NCBI GenBank assembly: GCA_018394315.1
Contig: CP074575.1
Span: 1,954,615-2,018,614, forward strand
Direction: 5' to 3'
DNA length: 64,000 nt
Source: Mycoplasmatota bacterium
GTDB taxonomy: Bacteria > Bacillota_I > Bacilli_A > MAG-NZ
In this document: piece by piece, positions 39,801 to 48,994 of the stretch
Position numbering within the stretch: position 1 is the stretch's first letter
How the letters are laid out: the number at the start of each line of letters is the position of its first letter
Notes under the pieces: generated by a model
What the model saw: only the letters and a program-made list of their open reading frames with translations
Database searches by the model: none
What the model was told of the DNA's origin: nothing
Position numbers and translations under genes: made by a program

Positions 39801-40496
39801 ATTGATAATAATTTCACGTGATGTATCTTTAGTAATTGTTATTCTTAATCCCTCTTTAACCATTCTAACAGGGAAAAATGATAGTGGTGCATTAAAATCA
39901 AAATCATTAAAAATACTTTTTCCTTCTACAAATGGATAAGCAATATATAAATCATATAAACCAGTTTCTTTTACATCTCTATCTAACTCTCTAAAAAGAA
40001 TACTTAATGACTTATATAAAGTCATATCCTGTTGATTCTCACTCTTACTTGATTTATATAGTTCAAATACCCTCTTATTGCCCTGAAAGAAGAGTTGTTC
40101 TAAAATCTTAGAAAATCCATTATTAACTAGGTCAAAATTCCTTTTTCTTCTTATTTCACCAACAAATAAATTAGTATTTCTTTTATTAATATTTATTAAT
40201 CTGCTCTCTAATGTATCTAATAACTTGATCTCTTTCTTTTCTAAAACAAAGACATCCTTATCACGCTCTAAAAGCTTATTCAGTTTTTCTAGAAATCCTT
40301 CAGCGTATTTATGAGTAAATACACTTCCAACACCATATAAAGAACTAAACTCATCTACAAATCTAGGTTTATTCTTTACAATTTCCTTAACCGCTTCGTC
40401 ACTACATACAGTTCCATTACTCTCATCTTCTCTTAACCAATTACGGTACTCAATTAACTCATCATAAATTTTATGATCATTAATATTCATAAACAC
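36822..40496 (-). CDS. HRDC-DUF4011-SF1 (UPF1/Dna2-like) helicase with a C-terminal degenerate Vsr/REase-like domain
   Basis: N-terminal HRDC-like (L.EYR...SDE....I....P......L.GVG....KY), RLININKRN, EGPPGTGKSQ, FDEASQ, GDSHQL.P, HYR, QGDERD, RLNVAITRA, C-terminal IW..NWW. Confidence 0.8.
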   Translation of the reverse strand: MFMNINDHKIYDELIEYRNWLREDESNGTVCSDEAVKEIVKNKPRFVDEFSSLYGVGSVFTHKYAEGFLEKLNKLLERDKDVFVLEKKEIKLLDTLESRLININKRNTNLFVGEIRRKRNFDLVNNGFSKILEQLFFQGNKRVFELYKSSKSENQQDMTLYKSLSILFRELDRDVKETGLYDLYIAYPFVEGKSIFNDFDFNAPLSFFPVRMVKEGLRITITKDTSREIIINESLILANMKLNTKQHQEIQDVEVDINNITYTEYIAYLANIYKTYGLEFSQLKDTNHQSLGEVNVDKFKTGFKLKKYMILGKFSNFSNLIQRDINYIKMENKLNSNLYDLLFDRRAPNKLGNEVNKELNINQIRNLDYSQRNVIDKLNKVDSVVIEGPPGTGKSQAIVSIISNEILNNGNCLMIAEKKAAIDVIYSRLGKVRNYSMIIDTSSNKLAFYEQLHDIFTLKTSDESHVNNTKSIELSMKDNLNKIKLLEEKINAKCLNGVTYNDLLKKYPKYDLSEKVARTKYFKVKRLYNKYFKRTKFALISESLKRIMSEETKKLIRHYQEHTKEYSTFKYVKDDLLYEDIHYFNQIVSDYISEKNDLEDLPKLKKFLTNNINSIKLSFRLRKYFRGYFKINKLIRKLNQLSILNDYIVESYTKTIKAKKVYDELSTREKRVWHYLNNNELDLELNYKETITIIANILINKFSKENSKTLKTIEKYNKSIDFIRNGFSKIEINNMNILEKILKINISRLVNYKQYSKMMKILKAKRKPSVGKFVRKYSYELFNSIKLWIVTPEVVSSILPLYKDLFSLCIFDEASQMYVEKSIPALYRSKKTVVSGDSHQLKPSSLGFGRVEGLKDPDDYLLDDMQIQDQDSLLDIANMKYERTYLNYHYRANYQEIINFSNYAFYHGKLIVPPYKYYDINNPPIEVLSVENGIWENKHNIEEAKAVVMKLYEVLKKKERSTTVGIITFNSPQRDLIEELIEDFTRNNQEFRILYEQEFYRGNTEQSEYIFVKNIENVQGDERDIIIISIGYGKNIDGKMIRQFGWLNQLNGENRLNVAITRAKYKVYVFLSFDPYNFSVGDLDSVGPKLLIEYLKYAVSVSKSDKLEQKRILANLDREIVKSKTPNSDFYKDFKKTCSKYNLSVINLDFVIDGTIDLLVRDKETQAQAGIIINDSYNGNIIRDNYFKGEYLRTRDISVYDIWLKNWWDDKASEINKIKKMISM

Positions 40497-40627
40497 ACCC
40501 CTTATGATAAATATCTATCCAAAATTAATTATACTCAAATAAAAAAAGTAGTTTGTATATATATGTAGATTAAAGGAAATTAGAGATATCAAATAGAGTA
40601 TATGTATTGATACTTGTTAAATAATCT

Positions 40628-40693
40628 AAAAAAGCACTACTCAAAAATTGAATAGTGCATCATCTTTTATCGATTTACCGTAAATCCGATAAA
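40628..40693 (-). terminator. Two hairpins closing the polysaccharide locus
   Basis: GCACTATTCAA-TTT-TTGAGTAGTGC-T6 on the minus strand, preceded by a TTTATCG/ATTTAC hairpin at 40666-40693. Confidence 0.65.
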
Positions 40694-40761
40694 GTACTTT
40701 TACCATATAGTATGTAGTCTTTAATGTTTATCAAGTAGTTATTCTAATTAATCAAATCAAG

Positions 40762-40904
40762 TGCTTTGTTAGCACTACTAGTAACAAATATTTCTTAAAT
40801 ACCAGAAGCTGTATCTTCTTCAATAATATACTTAAATTGGTAGTTTATCTATTATTGGTAATTGGTTTTAGTAACGTCTTTATTGACACAATCCTTGTAC
40901 CTAA
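40762..40904 (-). pseudogene. galU: Decayed N-terminal fragment of a GalU-like UTP-glucose-1-phosphate uridylyltransferase
   Basis: Hand translation across stops and frameshifts gives LGTR...LPIIDKLPI*/YIIEEDTASGI*EIFVTSSANKA, against the GalU consensus GLGTR...[24 protein letters not shown]. Confidence 0.65.
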
Positions 40905-40944
40905 TTATCTCCATTATATATAGAACAAGAGCTATTCTAATCAA

Positions 40945-42264
40945 TTACTTAACCATTTCATTAACAATATATCTTCTCTTTCCAGAAGATAAAATAGGTA
41001 TTTCTTTTACTATATTAATGTTTAATATTGCATCTATACCAACCAATCCTAATAGTTTATCTTTTAGTTCATCAAGATTTGAAAGTGTAGCATCAATGGT
41101 TAAATTAACCTCATATTCATATTCACTCACTTGAATGAATTGGTACTGAATTATACTTTTGGAAAAGAACCAAAGTAAGCTAGATATTAAGTGTGGAGAT
41201 ATACGTGCTCCATGAATATCATATACTGAATCAATTTTCCTACCTCCAAAGCTTACAATTGCCCTCTTCATTACCCCGTTTCTTTCAACATAAGTAATTG
41301 CACCAATATCCCCCGTGTCGTATCTTATCATAGGCATTGCTTTATTAAATAAGTCAGTAATCACAATACGTCCTGCTTGTCCGTCTTCTAGCAAAGCATC
41401 TTTATCCATATCAAATATTTCAACAATATAATTTGCTTCATTAATTATGAAACAATTATTCTCAACATCATCTTGTCCGATTATTCCATTCTCTTGATTA
41501 GAGTATCTAGAAACACATGGACAATTAAATGCATTAATCATAGATTCTCTTGTTTCATCAACAAGCATTAATGCACCACTAACAATTCCATAGATGTTAC
41601 TGTTATTTGCTACTGAAGTACCATATTTATGAAAATAGTCGCGTAGTGCGTCATAAACCGAAGCGTATCCAATAAGCATAGACCCGTAACGAGATTTTTT
41701 TTCTATATCGGCTATGATATCACCAATACTTTCTTTATCATATTCACCGACGTTTTGTAAAGATATATTTTGAACCCATTGAACTAATCGTGATTTATTA
41801 TTTTTAGGAGTTATAGTTCTAAGATTAATTAAGTTTTTTCCAATTTTGAAGCCAACTTTTTCGCTATAATAAATAATCTCAGCAATAACTCTTTTTCTTT
41901 TATCTTTGTTTTGAAAACAGACAAAAGGAGTCCCGGTAGAGCCACTTGTAAACATTGTAATAAGTTTGGATTTATCGAAATTACTAGATATAAAATCATC
42001 CTGATTATCTCTAATAATATTCTTATTTATAATGGGGAAATCTTCCAAGATATCCCCTTTGTCTTTATAAAAAATAGTAGTATTCTTCGCATGTTGGATT
42101 AAACTGCTTGATGTAATTACCTGACTTTCTTTTAATTCTAAAGAATTTGAATCCAAAAATTCATGACGTTTTACGTAGTAATACGCTTTTCTAACTTTAC
42201 TTCCTCTTAATAAATCTAGACTCCAAAATGCAATTCTTCTTAGAAACACAAATATTCTTTCCAT
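40945..42264 (-). CDS. CapK-like / phenylacetate-CoA ligase family adenylate-forming enzyme
   Basis: TSGSTGTP, SRYSNQE, ITDLFNKAMPMIRYDTGD, GR, SGKRR. Confidence 0.85.
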   Translation of the reverse strand: MERIFVFLRRIAFWSLDLLRGSKVRKAYYYVKRHEFLDSNSLELKESQVITSSSLIQHAKNTTIFYKDKGDILEDFPIINKNIIRDNQDDFISSNFDKSKLITMFTSGSTGTPFVCFQNKDKRKRVIAEIIYYSEKVGFKIGKNLINLRTITPKNNKSRLVQWVQNISLQNVGEYDKESIGDIIADIEKKSRYGSMLIGYASVYDALRDYFHKYGTSVANNSNIYGIVSGALMLVDETRESMINAFNCPCVSRYSNQENGIIGQDDVENNCFIINEANYIVEIFDMDKDALLEDGQAGRIVITDLFNKAMPMIRYDTGDIGAITYVERNGVMKRAIVSFGGRKIDSVYDIHGARISPHLISSLLWFFSKSIIQYQFIQVSEYEYEVNLTIDATLSNLDELKDKLLGLVGIDAILNINIVKEIPILSSGKRRYIVNEMVK

Positions 42265-42294
42265 GGGTCTCTCCTATAGAATACTATATTATAT

Positions 42295-44073
42295 TTATTC
42301 TACTGTAACACTCTTAGCTAAGTTTCTTGGTTTATCAATATCTAACCCTCTATTAAGAGCTGCATAATATGAAATATATTGAGTTGGAATAACAGTTATT
42401 AAAGCAGTTAATAACGGATGAACATCATTTAATATAATTTCATCTGACTCATTCGAAACTGATTTTGTAGAAATCACTAACGTATTAGCACCTCTACTTT
42501 CAACTTCCTTAACATTTCCTCTTGTATTTAAATTAGTATCTTTACTAGAAATAATTGCTAAGACTGGTACGTTATCTTCTATTAATGCAATTGTACCATG
42601 TTTTAATTCACCAGCTGCAAATCCTTCTGTTTGAATGTAACTAATTTCTTTAAGTTTTAAAGCTGCTTCCATTGCCACATAGTAATCAATTCCTCTACCT
42701 ATGTAAAAACAATTTCTAGTGTCACTCAAATAACTCTCAGCATAATCTTTAATCTTATTCTTCAAAGAATATACTTCATCAATAGTATTAGCAACTTTAC
42801 TTAATTCTTTATATAAATCAATCTCATAATCGCTAATACAAAATGCTAATATGCTTAATACGGCTATTTGAGCTGTATAAGCTTTTGTGCTAGCAACAGC
42901 TATTTCAGGCCCAGCATGTAACAGTAAAGTATAAGTTGCCTCTCTTGATAGAGTTGACCCAGCAACATTAGTGATTGTCAAACTTTTATAACCTAATTGA
43001 TTAATTTTCTTTAAACATGCTCTACTATCAGCAGTTTCACCACTTTGAGTTATAAATATAAAGAATGGATTATCACTTAATACCGGAGTATTATAAACAA
43101 ATTCACTAGCTATATGAACATCAACTGGTTTATTACTCATTGTTTCTATAATCTTCTTACCAACTATACCAGCATGGTAACTGGTTCCAGCAGCAATGAT
43201 ATTGATTCTATCTGAGTTTTCTAACTCAGATAACAAATCGTTATCAACAACGAATCCATCATCATAATACTCACTTAAGATTTTTCTAATCACGGAGCTT
43301 TGTTCTTCTATTTCTTTTAACATATAATGTGGATATTGACCTAACTCAATATCATCACTATTGAGTTCAGATATATAACTATCCCTATTTACGACCACAC
43401 CTTCTTTATCATAAATAATAAAATCATCTTTACCAATGACTGCAAATTCCATATCCTCAAAAGGAACAAACTCATTTGTTTCTTTTATCATGCAAGAAAC
43501 ATCAGATCCTAGCATATTAAATTCGTCACCTACACCAATAATCATCGGTGACATATTTTTAATTGCGTATAATCTATTGTTATCCAAAGTATCGACTAAG
43601 GCTAATGCATAGGAACCTTTAACTATTTTCATAAATTCCATAATACCTACTTTAACACAACAACTACTCTTAACTAAAACACTCATTAAAGAAGCTAATA
43701 TTTCAGTATCGGTCTCTGAAACTAAATCAATCCCTTTTAAGTAAGTATCTCTTAAATATACCTCATTCTCAATAACACCATTATGTACTAAAATAAATCT
43801 ATTATCATATGACATATGAGGATGAGAATTAATCTTGCTTGGTCTTCCATGAGTAGCCCATCTAGTATGACCAATACCAATTGATGCAAATATGTCTCTA
43901 TTAACAGTTTGTTCCATATTTACTATACGCCCTTTTTCCTTAAAGACATATTCTCCATCACCTATCAAGGCTACTCCACTTGAGTCATACCCTCTATACT
44001 CTAGTTTTTTCAGTCCATCTATTATAATATCCTTACAATCATTTTCACCAATATAACCTACAATACCGCACAT
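42295..44073 (-). CDS. glmS: Glutamine-fructose-6-phosphate aminotransferase
   Basis: MCGIVG start at 44073 (GAGGTG RBS), LEYRGYDS, GHTRWATHG, SGETAD, ELKHG, PRNLAKSVTVE. Confidence 0.97.
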   Translation of the reverse strand: MCGIVGYIGENDCKDIIIDGLKKLEYRGYDSSGVALIGDGEYVFKEKGRIVNMEQTVNRDIFASIGIGHTRWATHGRPSKINSHPHMSYDNRFILVHNGVIENEVYLRDTYLKGIDLVSETDTEILASLMSVLVKSSCCVKVGIMEFMKIVKGSYALALVDTLDNNRLYAIKNMSPMIIGVGDEFNMLGSDVSCMIKETNEFVPFEDMEFAVIGKDDFIIYDKEGVVVNRDSYISELNSDDIELGQYPHYMLKEIEEQSSVIRKILSEYYDDGFVVDNDLLSELENSDRINIIAAGTSYHAGIVGKKIIETMSNKPVDVHIASEFVYNTPVLSDNPFFIFITQSGETADSRACLKKINQLGYKSLTITNVAGSTLSREATYTLLLHAGPEIAVASTKAYTAQIAVLSILAFCISDYEIDLYKELSKVANTIDEVYSLKNKIKDYAESYLSDTRNCFYIGRGIDYYVAMEAALKLKEISYIQTEGFAAGELKHGTIALIEDNVPVLAIISSKDTNLNTRGNVKEVESRGANTLVISTKSVSNESDEIILNDVHPLLTALITVIPTQYISYYAALNRGLDIDKPRNLAKSVTVE

Positions 44074-44140
44074 ATATACCACCTCACATATTTATATTAT
44101 TCCAAAAACTAAATAATGACAAAATTTCTAAACAAAACAA

Positions 44141-45463
44141 TCAAACTTGATTTGTCTCTTTTAACATATTCATGTATCTACTACTTATCAGTACAAAAAC
44201 AATAAGAATAAATGGTGAATGAAGAGCATTCAAACTATTAAAGAACCACTTTACATATATAAATACTAACGCTGCAAGTAGAGAAATATTATTGATATCA
44301 TATTTTACTATCTTAAATGCATAAATCATTTGCTTAACCAATAAGAAAACAAATATACCAAATACCACTATCCCCCCAGATAATAATACGTCAATATACT
44401 GATTATGAACATTAGTAGCTAAATAAGTCTTTCCTGCTTCTTCCATAATAAATACACTTTGTCCATTACCAAATATAGTTGTGAGTGGATTTGCAAATGT
44501 CAAATCAATTGCTGCTTTCCACACGTCAGTACGCATACTAGATATTCCACTTAATGTCTTGTCACCAGTAAACACCTTTAAAAAACTCTTAAAATCATTT
44601 AGTAAAGCAGCTTGTCCAATTGAATTTAAATAATATACTACTCCTGTTAAAGTAATAATAGCTACTAAAAACAAAAGAATAGACCTCTTAAGAATTATCT
44701 TTTTAGATACTATCAGATAAATTAGTACAACAAGTAGACTAATAAATAAACCAATAAAAGCAGCTCTTGATAAAGATAGTAATACAATACCAAAAAAGAA
44801 TACACCTACTAAACTACTTACAAGGTTAATCTTCTTATTGAATAATAACGGTATTAGTAACAACAACCCTACTATTGCAAAGGGATCTGGTAAATAATTA
44901 CTGTTACCAAAACCAAATAAATACAAACGACCATGTTCCATAAAATTGTTTACAAAAATCTGATATATAATAATCATACCCACAGTAACCAAACTTATCA
45001 TTATACCTATGTTTATCCATTTGTGATAAACATTCTTGACACTTGGAATAGCAGAAAGTAAAAACAGCATAGAAACAAAATAAAAAGCTATAGACAGGTT
45101 ATTTGGACCTGCTCCATAAAACAAACCTAATGGCACATAACCATTATAAGCATATAATTTCATTTCACTCATGTTTTGAAAAAGTGAGCAAAATAAGAAA
45201 AATCCCATAATGAGAATCAAGATTCGTTCTGTTTTAAAGACTTTAAAGGACAACTTATATTGATTCTTAAAATAGCGAAAAGTAAAAATCGAAACTAAAA
45301 AAATAATGCCGATTGAAGCGTAAATATTTCTTAGTTTATATAAGTGAAATATTTCAGGGTCTTTATTATATAATAAAGGAGTAATTCCTAGTAATATAAT
45401 AAAAAAAACACTTTGAGTTAAAATTGGTAGTTTTAAGTTTTTCATAATCATCCTCCATAACAT
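44141..45463 (-). CDS. O-antigen ligase/polymerase (Wzy_C/WaaL-like) membrane protein
   Basis: Multiple transmembrane segments, GNSNY, SLSRAA, R..VW, FGNG, HNQY. Confidence 0.8.
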   Translation of the reverse strand: MLWRMIMKNLKLPILTQSVFFIILLGITPLLYNKDPEIFHLYKLRNIYASIGIIFLVSIFTFRYFKNQYKLSFKVFKTERILILIMGFFLFCSLFQNMSEMKLYAYNGYVPLGLFYGAGPNNLSIAFYFVSMLFLLSAIPSVKNVYHKWINIGIMISLVTVGMIIIYQIFVNNFMEHGRLYLFGFGNSNYLPDPFAIVGLLLLIPLLFNKKINLVSSLVGVFFFGIVLLSLSRAAFIGLFISLLVVLIYLIVSKKIILKRSILLFLVAIITLTGVVYYLNSIGQAALLNDFKSFLKVFTGDKTLSGISSMRTDVWKAAIDLTFANPLTTIFGNGQSVFIMEEAGKTYLATNVHNQYIDVLLSGGIVVFGIFVFLLVKQMIYAFKIVKYDINNISLLAALVFIYVKWFFNSLNALHSPFILIVFVLISSRYMNMLKETNQV

Positions 45464-45534
45464 TCTTCTACATTTTACTACAATTTTCCATTATTCTCAA
45501 TTAAATAAAAGCGGAGAATTATCTCCACATTCAA

Positions 45535-46494
45535 CTATCCTTGATTCTTTATTACATAATCCATAGTATCAGAAATACTCTTTTCAATAGAAATCATTGG
45601 CTTCCAATCTAAATAATTCTTTGCCTTGTCATTGCAGATAGTAAAAATTTGATTTTTGTTATCAATATCACGTTTGTTAACACTCACTATAGTGTTATTC
45701 TTTTTGCCCCATTCAATAAAACACTCAACTAATCCCTCAATTGTTATACCTTTGTTTGAAGATATATTAAATGTTTCTCCTAGAATACTATTATCGGTAC
45801 TCCCAACAACCTTCACAATTGAACTTGCAACATCTCTTACGTCAATAAAATCTACAATTTTAGAAACATTTCCATATAAAGTAATAGGATCATTATTGAT
45901 TATTTTATTTGGAAAGATAGTGCTAACAATATTATCACTATTAGAAAAAATACTAGGGCCAATTATTCTTGATATTCTTAGTATCACTGATTTGATGTTT
46001 ATATTACTAATAACTTCAAGTTCAGCCTCATATTTTGATTGTGAATAAATGGTCATAGGAGAAAGCTTAAAGTTTTCTGTAATATTATTACCCAGCGATC
46101 CATATACTGCTTGTGTTGAAATGTAAATGAACTTAACATCCTGTCTTACTTCCAATTGCTCAATTAATTTTTTCGTACCTGATACATTCACTTTCTTTGC
46201 TACATAATTAGAACATATGTTTGGTCGTGCTGCAGCAGAGTGAATAACAACATTGACGTCACTAGGAACTGAAAAAGTATCCAAATCTCCTTTTAGAAAA
46301 ATTATCTTATTATTCTTAGGTAGATTCAAAATTGCTAAATTTCTTTTTTCCTCACTTCTATATAGTGCATATATTTTATTAATATTTCTTGAACATAATT
46401 GTTTAAGTGTCTCAAAACCTAAAAACCCAGTGCTGCCAGTTAATAAAACATTGATTTTATTCATTAACCAATACTTTTTTATGTTCAAGTTCAA
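45535..46494 (-). CDS. NAD-dependent epimerase/dehydratase
   Basis: TGSTGFLG, HSAA, IST.AVYG, YSQSK, DFIDVRD. Confidence 0.85.
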   Translation of the reverse strand: MNLNIKKYWLMNKINVLLTGSTGFLGFETLKQLCSRNINKIYALYRSEEKRNLAILNLPKNNKIIFLKGDLDTFSVPSDVNVVIHSAAARPNICSNYVAKKVNVSGTKKLIEQLEVRQDVKFIYISTQAVYGSLGNNITENFKLSPMTIYSQSKYEAELEVISNINIKSVILRISRIIGPSIFSNSDNIVSTIFPNKIINNDPITLYGNVSKIVDFIDVRDVASSIVKVVGSTDNSILGETFNISSNKGITIEGLVECFIEWGKKNNTIVSVNKRDIDNKNQIFTICNDKAKNYLDWKPMISIEKSISDTMDYVIKNQG

Positions 46495-47542
46495 TTAATT
46501 GTGATTTATCAAAGATTACCTCATCATAAAACCTAGAAATAACTTTATTATAATCAGTTTGTAATATCTTCTCTAATTGAAGTTTAGAATAATCAAATAC
46601 GTAGTCACAAACAGCAGCAACACATTCTTTATATCCAACTACATGTCTAACACCAGTAATGCCAGTAAATCTCGGATTAATTTCAAAGACATACAAGCCG
46701 TTACAAGTTAATTTACATTGAAAATTACATGGACCCCTTAACCCTATATCAATCAATTTATTTGCCATAGATTTTATAACTTTTTCAATTGCCTTATCCT
46801 TAAATGGATAAATCTTTACTGGCATACCTGCTTTCAGAGTATTCTCGCTTATAAACGTTCCAATCAATTCTCCAGTACTGCTAACATTTACTTGAACAGA
46901 AATCTCCTTCTCTTGAATTAACTTTCCGCCATCATAACAATCAGAGATAGTAATATTCTTCTTGTTCCCGTATTTGTTTTTATCTACTAAAAAATCCTGA
47001 AAGACATAGTTATCCCAATCACTGTTCTTGAATTCATCATAATTGAATAAAACATGAACCCCACAAGATGCAGAACCAGACTTGGGTTTAGCTATAATTG
47101 GAAATCCACAACTTTTTATTAATTCATTTACGTTATCATAACTTGTAGTCATAACAAAAGGTAAGTTAAATTGCTTAAAAAACTCATAAGTATTCTTTTT
47201 ATCCCTTGTAATACTAATCACTTCAGGCGAAGATACTACAATTTTGGAGTTAAACAATCCACTTTCATTTATCTGTGAAAGGACGGACAACTCTACATCA
47301 GAACCTGGAATAATTAAGTTTACTTTATTGTCTTTACAAATTCTCTTCAGCAATTCAACATAGTTCCTGCTTGAAGCTCTAGGTACAAGATAGCTTTTAT
47401 TAGTTTTAAAAAGTCCAGAGCTAAATGGTTCAATATCAACTCCAATTAAATCTAAATGTAAGTCACTCATCTTAAGAGCCTTTATTACTGGATTTGCAAT
47501 CTCACTTCCTGCAGCAGTTATCAATATTCTTTTTCTTTCCAT
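46457..47542 (-). CDS. ATP-grasp ligase (CarB/PylC-like, polysaccharide-associated)
   Basis: ILITAAG, IIPGSDVEL, DKK.TY, KPKSGSAS, FEINPRF.G. Confidence 0.82.
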   Translation of the reverse strand: MERKRILITAAGSEIANPVIKALKMSDLHLDLIGVDIEPFSSGLFKTNKSYLVPRASSRNYVELLKRICKDNKVNLIIPGSDVELSVLSQINESGLFNSKIVVSSPEVISITRDKKNTYEFFKQFNLPFVMTTSYDNVNELIKSCGFPIIAKPKSGSASCGVHVLFNYDEFKNSDWDNYVFQDFLVDKNKYGNKKNITISDCYDGGKLIQEKEISVQVNVSSTGELIGTFISENTLKAGMPVKIYPFKDKAIEKVIKSMANKLIDIGLRGPCNFQCKLTCNGLYVFEINPRFTGITGVRHVVGYKECVAAVCDYVFDYSKLQLEKILQTDYNKVISRFYDEVIFDKSQLIELEHKKVLVNE

Positions 47543-47683
47543 AAAATCCCCCGTAGTTCTTCATTAAGAATTCAATTACAACTACATCTATCAATTTTAT
47601 TTATAAAGTAAGTAAATATTATTTTAATCGCTACAATATTAATGAATTTATTATAGTATATTAGATTAGCAGAACAAATTTTA

Positions 47684-48991
47684 TCATTTTTTGTTGTATT
47701 CTGTTTTTATTGTCTCTCTTTCTCTTGCTATAGCTAAGGCGTCTGCTGGAACATCCTTTGTAATTGTACTTCCCGCAGCTATAATACTATTTTTTCCAAT
47801 ATTAATTGGTGCTATTAAATTTACATTGCTTCCAATAAAAGCTCCTTCTCCAATTAAAGTCTTATGTTTATTCTTTCCGTCATAATTAACCGTAATTGTA
47901 CCACAACCAATATTAACTTTATTTTCTATTTCACTGTCACCCAAATATGTTAAGTGTGCTGCTTTTACACCATCAGCCAACTGACTTTTTTTAATCTCAA
48001 CGAAATTACCTACTCTTATATTATTTCCTAACTCAGAGTTTTGTCTAATATGTGCAAAAGGTCCTACTGTCACATTATCTCCAATATTACTATCAATAAT
48101 ATATGATGATTGAATTAAACAATTTTCACCAATACTTACTGAACCTTCAATAACACTTCCTGGATATACAATTGCTCCCTTACCTATAGTTACATCTGGT
48201 CCTATATATGTATTATTTGGATCAATTAATGTTACGCCATTATCCATATGCTTATTATTTATTTCTTTTTTAAGAAAATCAGTAGCTATCGCTAAATCTT
48301 TCTTATTACTTATTCCGACAGTTTCTTCATATGTTAAAGCTTTTATTGCTTCGACTCTTAATTTTTCTTTTTTAAAAATCTCTAGGACATCAGTTAAATA
48401 TAACTCTTCTTGCGCATTCTCAAATTTAAGTTGTTTAATATAGTTAAACAATTTCTTATTATCAAAACAGAATGTTGAAATATTAACTTCATTAATTAAT
48501 TTCTCTTCTTCTGTACAATCTGTTTCTTCTACAATTCTTACTACTTCATTTCCATTCCTAATGATACGACCATATCCATAAGGATTTGGTCTTTCGGCAG
48601 TTAGTAGAGTTAAATCATTTTCATTAGCAATGTGAGCATTGATTACAGACTTTATACTTTCACTAGTTATTAATGGTTGATCACCAGCAATAACAAAACA
48701 TAATCCTTCTTTATCATATAACTCGTCATAAGCCATTTGAACTGCATGACCTGTACCTAGTTGTTCTTCTTGTACAAAATGTGTATCAAAATCTCTACAT
48801 GCTAAAACAATATCTTTCTTATAACCAACTATTGGATAGATATTTTGGATACCTGCATCAGATAAGGCGTCATATACAAAGTTAATAAATTCTTTACCCA
48901 AGATCTTCTGCGCTACCTTAGGTAAAACATCATTCATCCTTGTTCCCTTACCACCGGCAAGAATTAATCCATATGAATTCATATAAAACAC
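47684..48991 (-). CDS. glmU: Bifunctional UDP-GlcNAc pyrophosphorylase / GlcN-1-P acetyltransferase
   Basis: LAGGKGTRM, QLGTGHAV, GYGRI, GNFVEIK, HLTYLGD, NYDG, hexapeptide repeats. Confidence 0.96.
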   Translation of the reverse strand: MFYMNSYGLILAGGKGTRMNDVLPKVAQKILGKEFINFVYDALSDAGIQNIYPIVGYKKDIVLACRDFDTHFVQEEQLGTGHAVQMAYDELYDKEGLCFVIAGDQPLITSESIKSVINAHIANENDLTLLTAERPNPYGYGRIIRNGNEVVRIVEETDCTEEEKLINEVNISTFCFDNKKLFNYIKQLKFENAQEELYLTDVLEIFKKEKLRVEAIKALTYEETVGISNKKDLAIATDFLKKEINNKHMDNGVTLIDPNNTYIGPDVTIGKGAIVYPGSVIEGSVSIGENCLIQSSYIIDSNIGDNVTVGPFAHIRQNSELGNNIRVGNFVEIKKSQLADGVKAAHLTYLGDSEIENKVNIGCGTITVNYDGKNKHKTLIGEGAFIGSNVNLIAPINIGKNSIIAAGSTITKDVPADALAIARERETIKTEYNKK

Positions 48992-48994
48992 CCC

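Noticed and set aside
40862..41134. 90-aa plus-strand ORF
   Set aside because: Antisense to the CapK-like gene and the galU remnant; no RBS or recognisable motif
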